Shown: piece after piece, positions 28,392 through 37,776 of the stretch
Layout: each line of letters begins with the position of its first letter
Position numbering within the stretch: the stretch's first letter is position 1
Assembly: GCA_964473025.1 (NCBI GenBank)
Contig: CAYYMZ010000004.1
Coordinates: 1 to 53,195 of the forward strand
Length of the DNA stretch: 53,195 nucleotides
Direction: 5' to 3'
From: an uncultured Candidatus Saccharibacteria bacterium
GTDB taxonomy: Bacteria; Patescibacteriota; UBA1384; DTJR01
The notes under the pieces: generated by a model
Told to the model about the DNA's origin: nothing
Database searches by the model: none
The model's input: only the letters and a program-made list of their open reading frames with translations
Made by a program: the position numbers and the translations under genes

Positions 28392-31300
28392 ATGCCACGA
28401 GCCAGTGCAAAACAAGTGATTGCCAAATCATCTGTCGGGAAAAAACAGGGGGTCTTAAAAAGTAAAAAGGTGAAACGGGGTCTGGAAATTAAACGGCACT
28501 TTACGGCCGCGGGCAAAGACCCACTCAGCGATGTTTTATATGAATCCCGTTCTTGTAAGATTGTAAACCCTGACGGCACGGTGGTTTTTGAGGCAAAAGA
28601 TGTTGAGGTCCCAAAAAACTGGTCGCGCGTAGCAACGGACATTTTAATTTCCAAATATTTACGCAAAAGTGGTGTACCACAATTTGATAGCCACGGCGTT
28701 TTAATTAAAGAAAAGGACGGCAAGGCACATCTGGGAGGAGAAAAATCCGTGAAACAGGTGGTAAACCGTTTGGCAAAATGTTGGCGGTGGTGGGGAGAAA
28801 AATATAAATATTTTGCTACCAAGGCGGATGCACAAAATTTTGAGGACGAACTTAAATTTATGCTCGTCAACCAATATGCCGCACCGAATTCACCTCAATG
28901 GTTTAATACCGGATTGGCTATCTCTTACGGGATTAAAGGTTCGCCGCAGGGACACTGGTACGCGGATCCCAAAACTGGAAAACTAAAACAGTCCGAAGAT
29001 TCATATACCCATCCTCAACCGCATGCATGCTTTATCCAATCGGTTAAAGATGACCTTGTAAATCAGGGTGGAATTTTTGATCTTGTAACGCGCGAAGCGA
29101 GGATTTTTAAATACGGGTCCGGCTCGGGTTCTAACTTTTCATCGCTTCGAGGCAAAGGGGAGCCATTATCCGGCGGTGGCACATCCTCTGGACTGATGAG
29201 CTGGCTTTATATTTTTGACCGTTCTGCCGGAGCAATTAAGTCAGGCGGAACGACCAGACGCGCTTCGAAGATGGTAATTTTAAATATTGATCATCCCGAT
29301 ATCGAAGAATTTATCAATTGGAAATACCGTGAAGAACAAAAAGCGGCGGCACTAATCGCCGCCGGTTACAACGGCTCCTACGAAGGAGAGGCTTATCAAA
29401 CCGTGTCAGGGCAGAATTCCAACAATACGGTGCGTGTTGACGATCCATTTATGGAAGCGGTAGAGGCAGACGATGATTGGCACCTGCGCTGGAGAACAGA
29501 TATGAATCATATCGGCAAAACAATTAAGGCAAGGTACCTTTGGGATAAAATTGCCACCGCCGCTTACCACTGCGGCGACCCCGGACTTCAGTTTGACACA
29601 AACGTGAATAGTTGGAATACATGTCTTACGTCCGGACGCATAAACGGATCCAATCCCTGCAGTGAGTTTATGTTTTTGGATGACTCCTCTTGCAACTTAG
29701 CTTCGTTAAATCTCATGAAATTTTATGATTTAAAGGAGAAGAAATTTGATGTTGAGTCATTTTGCCACGCGACACGGCTATGGACAGCCGTGCTTGAAAT
29801 CTCTGTTCTAATGGCACAATTTCCGTCATATGAAATCGCCAAAAAAAGTTATCTCTTCAGACCGCTGGGGCTGGGATATGCAAACCTCGGAGCACTATTG
29901 ATGGTTATGGGACAACCATACGATTCGGATACAGGCAGAAATGCGGCGGCGTGCATTACCGCTATCATGACCGGGGAATCATACGCCACCTCGGCCGAGA
30001 TGGCCAAAGCGCTTTCCCCCTTTAAAGAATATGAAAAAAACAAAAGCGATATGCTTCGTGTTATCAGAAACCATCGCCGCGCTGTATTTAATGCTGCTGA
30101 CACAGAATTCGAAGATTTAAACATCATCCCCTACAAACTGGATGACAAATTATGCGATGATTATTTGCTTCAAGCGGCAAGGCACGCGTGGGACAAAGCA
30201 TTAGTAGAGGGCGGACTTCACGGATTTAGAAATGCCCAAGTCACTCTTTTGGCACCAACCGGAACGATCGGTTTAACGATGGATTGCGATACCACTGGCG
30301 TCGAGCCGGATTACTCTATAGTAAAGTTCAAAAAGCTAGCAGGGGGAGGATTCTTCAAAATCATCAACCAATCGGTACCGATGGCTCTTGATCATCTCGG
30401 TTACACCAAAACCGAAGTTGCTGATATTATCCGCTACGTTATCGGAACGGGAAGCTTGGACTTATCACCCCACATCAACAGAGCGTCACTGGTAAAAAAA
30501 GGATTTGACGATGCAACGATAGAAAAAATCGAAAAAATCCTGCCCGGTGTTTTCGACTTGAGTCAAGCATTTAATCGGGAAAACGTCGGTGAAGAACTTT
30601 TGGATAAAATTGGGATAAAGAAAGAGAAATATAGCGGTCCGGCCTTCGACCTGCTGTCTGCCTTAGAATTTTCTCCCGAACAAATTGAAGAAGCAAAAAA
30701 TCATATCTGCGGAATGATGACCGTAGAAGACGCACCGCGGCTTCACGATGAACACTTGCCAATTTTTGACTGCGCCAACAAGTGCGGCGCATACGGCAAG
30801 AGGTTTATCGAGGCCACGGGGCATGTTGGGATGATGTCCGCAATTCAACCCTACCTTTCAGGGGCAATCTCCAAAACGGTTAATGTTCCGTCTGACGCAA
30901 AAGTCGAGGATATTGAAAAAATTTACTTTGATTCTTGGAAAAAAGGCCTGAAGGCGGTTGCTATCTATCGCGACGGTTCCAAGATGGCCCAACCGTTAAG
31001 TTCACAGGAAGACAAAAAGACGAAGGAAAGAGAAAAGGAAATTGTCATTCAGTACAAACCATTAAGACGCAAAATGCCTAAAGAGAGAATGTCGATTACC
31101 CGTAAGGTGATTATCGGCGGGCACAAACTTTACCTAACGGTTGGATTATACGATGACGGGACACCGGGGGAAATATTTATCACTATGAACCAGCAGGGAA
31201 GCTTCACGGCCGGCATGATTGACTCGTTTGCCAAAATACTTTCAATCGGTTTGCAATACGGCGTTCCCGTGCAAACGATTGTTTCCCAACTACGGCATAT

Positions 31301-31667
31301 GCGTTTTCAGCCAATGGGTTATACTGGTGATCAGGATATCTCCAACACTTCGTCGATTTCAGATTTTGTGGCGCAGTGGCTTGATAAAAAGTTTTTACAG
31401 GGCGGGGTTAAAACGATGATGCTTCCGTTTGAGGAAAACCCCGATAAAAAGAAGACCCCTGGCGAGAAAATAAAAAACGAAACAACTCCGGTAGCAGAGC
31501 AGACCCCGCTTGAAGGAATGGGCTCGATTGAAGAAGATCTGGAATCGAAGAACAAAGAACTCGGTTTTACCGGCGATACCTGCTCTGAGTGCGGGTCGGC
31601 AATGATGGTTCAAAACGGTAAATGCCTAAAGTGCGTTAATTGCGGGGCAACAACAGGGTGCTCATGA
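28392..31667 (+). CDS. nrdJ: Adenosylcobalamin-dependent (class II) ribonucleotide reductase
   Basis: PNSPQWFN, HACFI, SGGTTRRA, NPCSE, CNLAS, APTGTI, AISKTVN, YRDGSK, C-terminal CSEC..CVNC; no small subunit nearby. Confidence 0.95.
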   Translation: MPRASAKQVIAKSSVGKKQGVLKSKKVKRGLEIKRHFTAAGKDPLSDVLYESRSCKIVNPDGTVVFEAKDVEVPKNWSRVATDILISKYLRKSGVPQFDSHGVLIKEKDGKAHLGGEKSVKQVVNRLAKCWRWWGEKYKYFATKADAQNFEDELKFMLVNQYAAPNSPQWFNTGLAISYGIKGSPQGHWYADPKTGKLKQSEDSYTHPQPHACFIQSVKDDLVNQGGIFDLVTREARIFKYGSGSGSNFSSLRGKGEPLSGGGTSSGLMSWLYIFDRSAGAIKSGGTTRRASKMVILNIDHPDIEEFINWKYREEQKAAALIAAGYNGSYEGEAYQTVSGQNSNNTVRVDDPFMEAVEADDDWHLRWRTDMNHIGKTIKARYLWDKIATAAYHCGDPGLQFDTNVNSWNTCLTSGRINGSNPCSEFMFLDDSSCNLASLNLMKFYDLKEKKFDVESFCHATRLWTAVLEISVLMAQFPSYEIAKKSYLFRPLGLGYANLGALLMVMGQPYDSDTGRNAAACITAIMTGESYATSAEMAKALSPFKEYEKNKSDMLRVIRNHRRAVFNAADTEFEDLNIIPYKLDDKLCDDYLLQAARHAWDKALVEGGLHGFRNAQVTLLAPTGTIGLTMDCDTTGVEPDYSIVKFKKLAGGGFFKIINQSVPMALDHLGYTKTEVADIIRYVIGTGSLDLSPHINRASLVKKGFDDATIEKIEKILPGVFDLSQAFNRENVGEELLDKIGIKKEKYSGPAFDLLSALEFSPEQIEEAKNHICGMMTVEDAPRLHDEHLPIFDCANKCGAYGKRFIEATGHVGMMSAIQPYLSGAISKTVNVPSDAKVEDIEKIYFDSWKKGLKAVAIYRDGSKMAQPLSSQEDKKTKEREKEIVIQYKPLRRKMPKERMSITRKVIIGGHKLYLTVGLYDDGTPGEIFITMNQQGSFTAGMIDSFAKILSIGLQYGVPVQTIVSQLRHMRFQPMGYTGDQDISNTSSISDFVAQWLDKKFLQGGVKTMMLPFEENPDKKKTPGEKIKNETTPVAEQTPLEGMGSIEEDLESKNKELGFTGDTCSECGSAMMVQNGKCLKCVNCGATTGCS

Positions 31668-32245
31668 AGAAAAGTAAAAATTCAAAAGTAAAAAGTAAAA
31701 ACTATAAATCAAAAATAAAAGAGCCGAGCAAGGGATTGGTAATTACGTATTATGGAAATGGGAAGGGGAAAACAACCGCCGCACTCGGACTTGCGCTTCG
31801 AGCGTCCGGATACAAGAAAAAAGTTTTAATTATCCAGTTTGTTAAAGGCGACTGGACCTCGGGGGAAGAAAAGGCAGTTGAAAATCTTAAAACCGTAAAG
31901 CTCGTAAAGTCAGGTGCTGGATTTGTCGGTATTTTAGACGACAAAAAACCAATAGGTATTCACCAAGAAGCTGCCCAAAAAGGTTTGAGTTTGGCTCAAA
32001 AATCACTATCTAATCATGAAGTAATAATTCTTGATGAAATCTTGGGAGCTGTAAAAGGCGGTTTGGTTTCGCAAAAGGATGTGCTAGAAATAATTGATCG
32101 CAAACCCCAAAACTCAATATTGGTTTTGACCGGAAGACCGAAAATTAACCCTGTCTTAAAAAAATCCGATTTAATCACCGAGATGCGCTGTATAAAACAT
32201 CCTTTTGACCGCGACATAATGGCCATTAAGGGGATTGACTACTAA
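31664..32245 (+). CDS. btuR: Cob(I)alamin adenosyltransferase (CobA/BtuR type)
   Basis: YGNGKGKTTAALGLALRA, QFVKG, ILDEI, VLTGR, KHPF..GIDY; ATGA overlap with the nrdJ stop. Confidence 0.92.
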   Translation: MKKSKNSKVKSKNYKSKIKEPSKGLVITYYGNGKGKTTAALGLALRASGYKKKVLIIQFVKGDWTSGEEKAVENLKTVKLVKSGAGFVGILDDKKPIGIHQEAAQKGLSLAQKSLSNHEVIILDEILGAVKGGLVSQKDVLEIIDRKPQNSILVLTGRPKINPVLKKSDLITEMRCIKHPFDRDIMAIKGIDY

Positions 32246-32266
32246 CAATCTGCTATAATAAGTGTG

Positions 32267-32842
32267 ATGAAAAGATCCGTATATTTGTTGATTTTGGCTC
32301 TCCCGCTTATGCTGGCTGGGTGTTCTTCAAAAAACACCACCAATACCACTCAGGTGACTCCTACGAGCTCAGGACAGGAAATAAGCGATATCGAGCCCAC
32401 CCTAAAACAAACCGGCTTTGACAGGTTGCAATTAACTGATCCTATTTTATTTAGCTATCTTGAAGCAAGCAATAAGGGCAGCGGAAATTTTCTCTCCGCA
32501 AACAACGCAAGCCAGACAGAATTAGCAAAAATTGGAAAACAGGCCTCATTTGCCAAGAAGCAAAAATATAATATTTCAGGACTGGTTCAGATATTAAGTA
32601 CAACGAAATTGGCGTTTAAATCTTTCTCGTACAACGGATCCTGCGGCACAATCACGATAAATCCAACAATTTCGACAAACATAAAGAACCCGTTTGCTCC
32701 GGTTTATTCAATCCAAGCACCTTTGTCTGGATCCAATTTTGAGGCCGATTTGCCTTCAAACTTGAATCTGCTCCAATTTGACTCGATCAGTATTTTTTGT
32801 TCTAATAAACCTGAAGAGCCCGTCTCTACAGCATTCTTTTAA
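32267..32842 (+). CDS. Lipoprotein with DM13-like C-terminal domain
   Basis: LAGC lipobox; ISGLVQI...FSYNG...LPSNLNLLQFDSISIFC resembles DM13. Confidence 0.6.
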   Translation: MKRSVYLLILALPLMLAGCSSKNTTNTTQVTPTSSGQEISDIEPTLKQTGFDRLQLTDPILFSYLEASNKGSGNFLSANNASQTELAKIGKQASFAKKQKYNISGLVQILSTTKLAFKSFSYNGSCGTITINPTISTNIKNPFAPVYSIQAPLSGSNFEADLPSNLNLLQFDSISIFCSNKPEEPVSTAFF

Positions 32843-32856
32843 CCATATAATCTAAG

Positions 32857-33405
32857 ATGATTTATCTACTTGCCGGCTTAGGTGTCATATCTAGGTTAAT
32901 ACCCCACTGGCCAAATTTTGTACCGATTGGGTCAATTGGCATATTTGCCTCAAACAAAAAAGGCATTTTGACATCGGCCCTAATCGTTTTGGCGGTTATG
33001 GTCATAACCGACATTTTCCTCGGGTTTTCATTCGTTTCTTTCTTCGTCTATACAGGTATGCTATCCTATGTTTTTTGGGGACAGCTCTCAAGACGGGGAA
33101 CCCTTGGAATGCTTGGGGCGCCCATTGGGGGCTCGATTTCATTTTTTATTATTTCGAACTTGGGCGTTTGGCTTGGGCCGTGGTACACGCACGACCTGAC
33201 AGGTTTTATCCGCTGTTTTACCTTGGCGATCCCATTTTATAAATTCACGTTATTTAGTGATATAATTTTCACGGCAGCAATCTTTGCAATTTATGCCTTG
33301 GTAGTCAAATATAAAACAGGTGGTTTGCGGGTGCAGCGCAAGCCTAACGAAAAGGAGATTCGATGGCACAGCAGATTACTGAAAGCCAGTTTGAACAAAA
33401 AGTAA
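32857..33405 (+). CDS. DUF6580-like putative vitamin transporter (ECF S-component-like)
   Basis: RLIPHWPNFVPIG, about 6 TM helices, FFIISNLGVW, CFTLAIPF. Confidence 0.75.
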   Translation: MIYLLAGLGVISRLIPHWPNFVPIGSIGIFASNKKGILTSALIVLAVMVITDIFLGFSFVSFFVYTGMLSYVFWGQLSRRGTLGMLGAPIGGSISFFIISNLGVWLGPWYTHDLTGFIRCFTLAIPFYKFTLFSDIIFTAAIFAIYALVVKYKTGGLRVQRKPNEKEIRWHSRLLKASLNKK

Positions 33406-33671
33406 TCAAGGGGGATTTGCCCGTAATGGTTGATTTTTTTGCCGAGTGGTGTGGGCCATGTAAAATGATAGCTCCCATGATCAAGGAGATATCAAGTGAA
33501 GTTAAAGGGAAAGCGCGCGTTTTTAAAGTTGATATAGATAAGAATCCGGCACTGGCCAATAAATATCAGGTCATGTCCATTCCAACGATTGTGTTTTTTA
33601 AAGACGGAAAAGTTACCAATCAATTAGTTGGAACTGTAAGCAAAGAGGATTTGATAAAAAATCTAATATAA
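33363..33671 (+). CDS. trxA: Thioredoxin
   Basis: VDFFAEWCGPCK, SIPT; AAGGAG SD. Confidence 0.96.
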   Translation: MAQQITESQFEQKVIKGDLPVMVDFFAEWCGPCKMIAPMIKEISSEVKGKARVFKVDIDKNPALANKYQVMSIPTIVFFKDGKVTNQLVGTVSKEDLIKNLI

Positions 33672-36560
33672 GTGAAAGATATTGATTCCCTTGACGATCT
33701 AAATTCTGAACAAAAAAAGGCAGTTACTCATAAAAACGGTCCGTTGCTTTTAATCGCCGGTGCGGGGACAGGAAAAACTACTGTTATCACCCGTAGGATT
33801 GTCCATATCATCTCAAAGAAATGGGCAAAGCCGTCGGAAATATTGGCGCTTACATTCACGGAGAAAGCTGCCGCTGAGATGGAACAGCGCGTCGATGTTC
33901 TGGTCCCTTACGGATATGTTGATATTCAAATTTCAACCTTTCACGCTTTTGGTGACCGCCTACTCCGTGACTACGCTATCAATCTGGGCTTACCCGCAAG
34001 TTTTAAGATTTTAACTCAAATTGAACAGGCAATTTTTATGCGGGAAAACATCTTCGCCTTCGATTTAAAACATTTTCGGCCAATTTCAAACCCACTGGGA
34101 CACATAGAGGCCTTGCTCAAACATTTTTCACGCCTGAAAGACGAACTGGTCTCTCCCGAACATTACCTGCGCTGGGCTCAAACACAAAATTCAAAGCTAA
34201 AAACCAAAAAGAAGACTTCGCAAGAAGTTATTGAAGCAGAAAAAAAACTAGAGCTTGCCGGTGCTTACCAGCAATACAATGATTTGATGATTCAGGCGGG
34301 CAATCTGGATTTTGGCGATCAAATATTTTTAACCTATAAATTGCTAAAGGAAAACAAAAGTGTTTTGAGCGAATGCCGGAAGCGCTATAAATATATTTTG
34401 GTAGATGAATTTCAGGATACAAACTATGCTCAAAATGAAATTGTGAAATTACTTGCTACAAAAGAGGGAAATATAACTGTTGTCGGAGATGACGATCAAT
34501 CAATTTACAGATTCCGGGGAGCGGCTATATCGAATATTCTTGATTTTAAAAAATACTATAAGCAGGTGTCAGAAATTGTACTGAAAAAGAATTACCGGTC
34601 AACTTGTGAAATTTTAAACGCAGCATATCAATTAATTCAAAGCAATAACCCCGACCGTCTTGAATATAGAAATCATATTGATAAAAAATTGACATCCACA
34701 AGGCGGGGGGAGAGCCCCGAGCTTTTGCATTGCGATACGTTATCGTGCGAGGCGGATTCGGTTACTGCCAAAATCCTCGAATTAAAAAAGCGGAAAAAGT
34801 ATGGCAATAACGATTTTGCCATTTTGGTTAGGGCCAACAGCCACGCTGAACCTTTTATCCAATCACTGAAGGTCAATGGCTTGCCTTATGCTTTCTCCGG
34901 CGCGAGCGGTCTTTTTTCAACGGCTGAGATAAAAATGTTAGTCGCGTTTTTAAAAACGCTTGTTTACGACGATGACAATTTAAGCTTTTACTCCCTCGCA
35001 ACCAGCGAACTTTATTCGATTCCGCATGCAGCAATGACGACCTTTTATACGAAAGCACAACGGTCTAACAGGTCTGTGCTCGAAATTGCCACCGCGGCGA
35101 AAGAAGAGGTTGGCCAATACCAAGAGAAGATAACCGAGATTGTTCAAGATATCGAAGAGTTCAGACAAAAAAAGAATGAACCGGTTGGCGAGGTGTTATA
35201 TGAATATTTAGTACAAAAGAAATATCTAAAACAACTGTCTAAAAACGCAACAGTTGAAGATGAAATCAAAGTTTATAATATTGCTAAATTCTTTGACCGG
35301 ATCAGCCAATTCAATCATTCAAGCGTCGACCGCGGCGTAATAGCATTCTTGAATGATTTGGAGCTGATTTTGCAATTAAGCGACGAAATTCAAACAAGCG
35401 ATATCGATCCAGACCTCGACGCGATTAACGTATTGACTGTCCACGCCGCCAAGGGGCTCGAGTGGCCCGTGGTCTTTATCGCCAATTGTGTTTCAGACCG
35501 TTTTCCATCCAGAAACCAAAGCGAGCCAATACCGATTCCACAGGATCTCGTAAAAGAGCGTCTGCCCAAAGGGGATTTTCATCTGCAGGAAGAAAGGCGT
35601 TTATTTTACGTTGGGGCAACCCGAGCCAAAGATTTTCTGTATTTAAGCTCCGCTGATGATTATGGAGGAAAAAGGGTGAAGAAGCTTTCCTTATTTGCCT
35701 TAGAGCTATTAAATGAGCCGGATCAGGAAAAAATCAAACACCGCTTGTCGCCGATGCAAAAAATCGAACGGTTCAAAAAAATCAAAGAGGCAAAAATCAA
35801 TTTATCAAATAGGTTTACAGGTGATATTCTAAAGCTCTCCCGCAATCAGATTGACGATTATTATTCCTGCCCCAAGAAATTTTATTTCGCCCACGTCGTT
35901 AAGATTCCGCTTTTAGAGAATCAAAATTTAATGTACGGTACAGCGATCCATGGCGCTCTTGATCACTATTTCGCCCGCAAAATAAGTGGGGAAAGGCCGG
36001 GTTTGAAACAAATTCTCGAAGATTATAATCAGGCCTTCAAAAACGTCGGGTTCATAACGAGGGAACAGGAAGAAAAAAGGCACGACGAAGGCATCAAAGT
36101 ATTGACCAGATTTTTTGCCGAGGAAAGTCGGGATCCGCTTAAAGTGCAAAAAGTTGAGGAACGCTTCGAATTTTGCGAGGGTAAAGTTAAAATAACCGGC
36201 CGCTATGACCTTATTTGCAAGCATGGGGACTTAGATGAAATTGTTGATTTTAAAACATCAAAGGTAGATGCACAAAAAGATGCTGACAGAAGAATCAAGC
36301 AGTCGTCGCAGATGATGGTCTATGCTTTAGCATGGCGCTCTAAATACGGTAATATTCCCAAAACAACTCTTCATTTCATTGAGTCAGGATTAAAGGGCGA
36401 GATAATATTTAGCGAAAAAGATTTGATTAAAACCAAGGAAATGATCGGAAGCGTCGCGGCCGGTATAAGAGCCGCAGAGCTTAAGGCAACGCCTGGACGT
36501 TTTGAATGCAAGCAGTGTCCGTATAGGGATATTTGCCCGGATAGTGAAAAATCGGCTTAA
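33672..36560 (+). CDS. UvrD/REP-type helicase with C-terminal PD-(D/E)XK nuclease
   Basis: AGAGTGKT, LTFT, DEFQD, GDDDQSIYRFRGA, NYRS, AKGLEW, EERRLFYVGATRA; GRYD..IVDFKT; CPKK...CKQCPYRDIC. Confidence 0.92.
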   Translation: MKDIDSLDDLNSEQKKAVTHKNGPLLLIAGAGTGKTTVITRRIVHIISKKWAKPSEILALTFTEKAAAEMEQRVDVLVPYGYVDIQISTFHAFGDRLLRDYAINLGLPASFKILTQIEQAIFMRENIFAFDLKHFRPISNPLGHIEALLKHFSRLKDELVSPEHYLRWAQTQNSKLKTKKKTSQEVIEAEKKLELAGAYQQYNDLMIQAGNLDFGDQIFLTYKLLKENKSVLSECRKRYKYILVDEFQDTNYAQNEIVKLLATKEGNITVVGDDDQSIYRFRGAAISNILDFKKYYKQVSEIVLKKNYRSTCEILNAAYQLIQSNNPDRLEYRNHIDKKLTSTRRGESPELLHCDTLSCEADSVTAKILELKKRKKYGNNDFAILVRANSHAEPFIQSLKVNGLPYAFSGASGLFSTAEIKMLVAFLKTLVYDDDNLSFYSLATSELYSIPHAAMTTFYTKAQRSNRSVLEIATAAKEEVGQYQEKITEIVQDIEEFRQKKNEPVGEVLYEYLVQKKYLKQLSKNATVEDEIKVYNIAKFFDRISQFNHSSVDRGVIAFLNDLELILQLSDEIQTSDIDPDLDAINVLTVHAAKGLEWPVVFIANCVSDRFPSRNQSEPIPIPQDLVKERLPKGDFHLQEERRLFYVGATRAKDFLYLSSADDYGGKRVKKLSLFALELLNEPDQEKIKHRLSPMQKIERFKKIKEAKINLSNRFTGDILKLSRNQIDDYYSCPKKFYFAHVVKIPLLENQNLMYGTAIHGALDHYFARKISGERPGLKQILEDYNQAFKNVGFITREQEEKRHDEGIKVLTRFFAEESRDPLKVQKVEERFEFCEGKVKITGRYDLICKHGDLDEIVDFKTSKVDAQKDADRRIKQSSQMMVYALAWRSKYGNIPKTTLHFIESGLKGEIIFSEKDLIKTKEMIGSVAAGIRAAELKATPGRFECKQCPYRDICPDSEKSA

Positions 36561-36792
36561 TAACAGAGTTGTTAAAACTTGATAAAAAAGCCAGTATTTA
36601 TTTACAATTAGATTTCGGTTTCTCCTTAGCCAGCCAGATGGCTGCCGATTTTCTACTACCGGGTTTGTCCGGATGCAATTATCTAAAGCTTGATTTTGAC
36701 TCCAATATAGCCCATAATTATAAATAATAAACCAACTAAAGGCGGTTTGTGGACGCAACGCAAACTTAAACCTTAACAAAAAAGGAGGTGGG

Positions 36793-37131
36793 ATGGCGAA
36801 TTTTGGTAGATGGGCTTTTGTGCTTGGGGTTCTAATCGCATTTTTAGCGGGCTTTGTCGAGTGGAGCTGGATGGTCTCCGCACTGGTTGGACTAGGATTG
36901 ATTGTCGGTTTCTTGAATATCTCAACCGAAGAGAGCGAGCGTTTCTTGATCGCGACCGTAGCACTTTTGATTATCGGTACAGCGGGCATTAGTGCCTTGT
37001 TTTCAACCGGTTCATTGGCTGGAACAACACAGGCTATTCTGAATAATTTCGTTTCATTTGTTGCTGCCGCAGCGTTAGTTGTTGCCCTGAAAACAATTTT
37101 GACAATTCAATCTGACGGTAAGAAAAAATAG
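36793..37131 (+). CDS. Small 4-TM membrane protein
   Basis: AAAGGAGGTG SD; hydrophobic helices, GLIVGFLNISTEESERFL. Confidence 0.8.
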   Translation: MANFGRWAFVLGVLIAFLAGFVEWSWMVSALVGLGLIVGFLNISTEESERFLIATVALLIIGTAGISALFSTGSLAGTTQAILNNFVSFVAAAALVVALKTILTIQSDGKKK

Positions 37132-37139
37132 GGGGGAAT

Positions 37140-37712
37140 CTGAGCCACAAAACAGGCGCCATTATTACGTGTTTAGTAATAGCATTTTTAATTGGGATGC
37201 TTGCTTTGTCTTATGTCAGATCAAATGCCCCCGTTTTAAGTTTTTCGCAAAGCAAAAAAACGTTTAATGATATTGCGCTTGGAATGTCATTTAAGTACCC
37301 GCAAAATTTTGAGGTAAGGGAAACGAGAGCGGGAAAAATTACATACATCGATGTTTTTCCGTCCTATCTTCGCAATGAGTTTGAACCGAAGTTCATCGAA
37401 ATAATTGCGATGCCATCCTTGTCAAATGCTCCGCTTGGAGAGATACTACTGGATTCCTATCCGAATATCACAGAGCAGCAGATAACAAAATTATCTAAAA
37501 AGAATGCTGAGGGAGTGCGGATAACGGAAAAGAGTAATATAAATGAAAATTTTATTTTAAGTTATTTGAGATTCGATAAAAAATTATATCTAGCCAAATT
37601 CAACAAGAGCTATTACAATCCAGACAATCCTTTTGTTGCTGTAAACAATTCTTTTTTTGAAAATATCTATATGGGTGTTTTAAACTCCATCACCTTTACC
37701 CCTTCTCAATAA
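37140..37712 (+). CDS. Membrane-anchored hypothetical protein (PsbP-like FKYP motif), probable CTG start
   Basis: Frame stays open 19 codons upstream of ATG 37197, completing a signal anchor after a GGGGGG SD. Confidence 0.55.
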   Translation: MSHKTGAIITCLVIAFLIGMLALSYVRSNAPVLSFSQSKKTFNDIALGMSFKYPQNFEVRETRAGKITYIDVFPSYLRNEFEPKFIEIIAMPSLSNAPLGEILLDSYPNITEQQITKLSKKNAEGVRITEKSNINENFILSYLRFDKKLYLAKFNKSYYNPDNPFVAVNNSFFENIYMGVLNSITFTPSQ

Positions 37713-37713
37713 T

Positions 37714-37742
37714 TTGCATGTTCGTGCTCTGTTCGGTACAAT
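37714..37742 (+). promoter_or_regulatory. rmuC promoter with candidate SOS box
   Basis: TTGCAT-17 bp-TACAAT; the spacer holds GTTC-N7-GTTC (37720-37734). Confidence 0.65.
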
Positions 37743-37776
37743 ACAAAATAGAATTAAGAATTACGAATGATGAATC

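Noticed and set aside
28392-31667. Intein or intron in nrdJ
   Set aside because: Catalytic motifs are contiguous, the frame is uninterrupted, and no splice-junction or homing endonuclease motifs were seen.
36605-36690. Short hairpins CAGCC/GGCTG and CCGGG/TCCGG after the helicase
   Set aside because: Stems are only 5 bp and match no riboswitch I recognise; too weak to call.
36390-36989. 199-aa minus-strand ORF
   Set aside because: Antisense to two well-supported genes, with no recognisable features.
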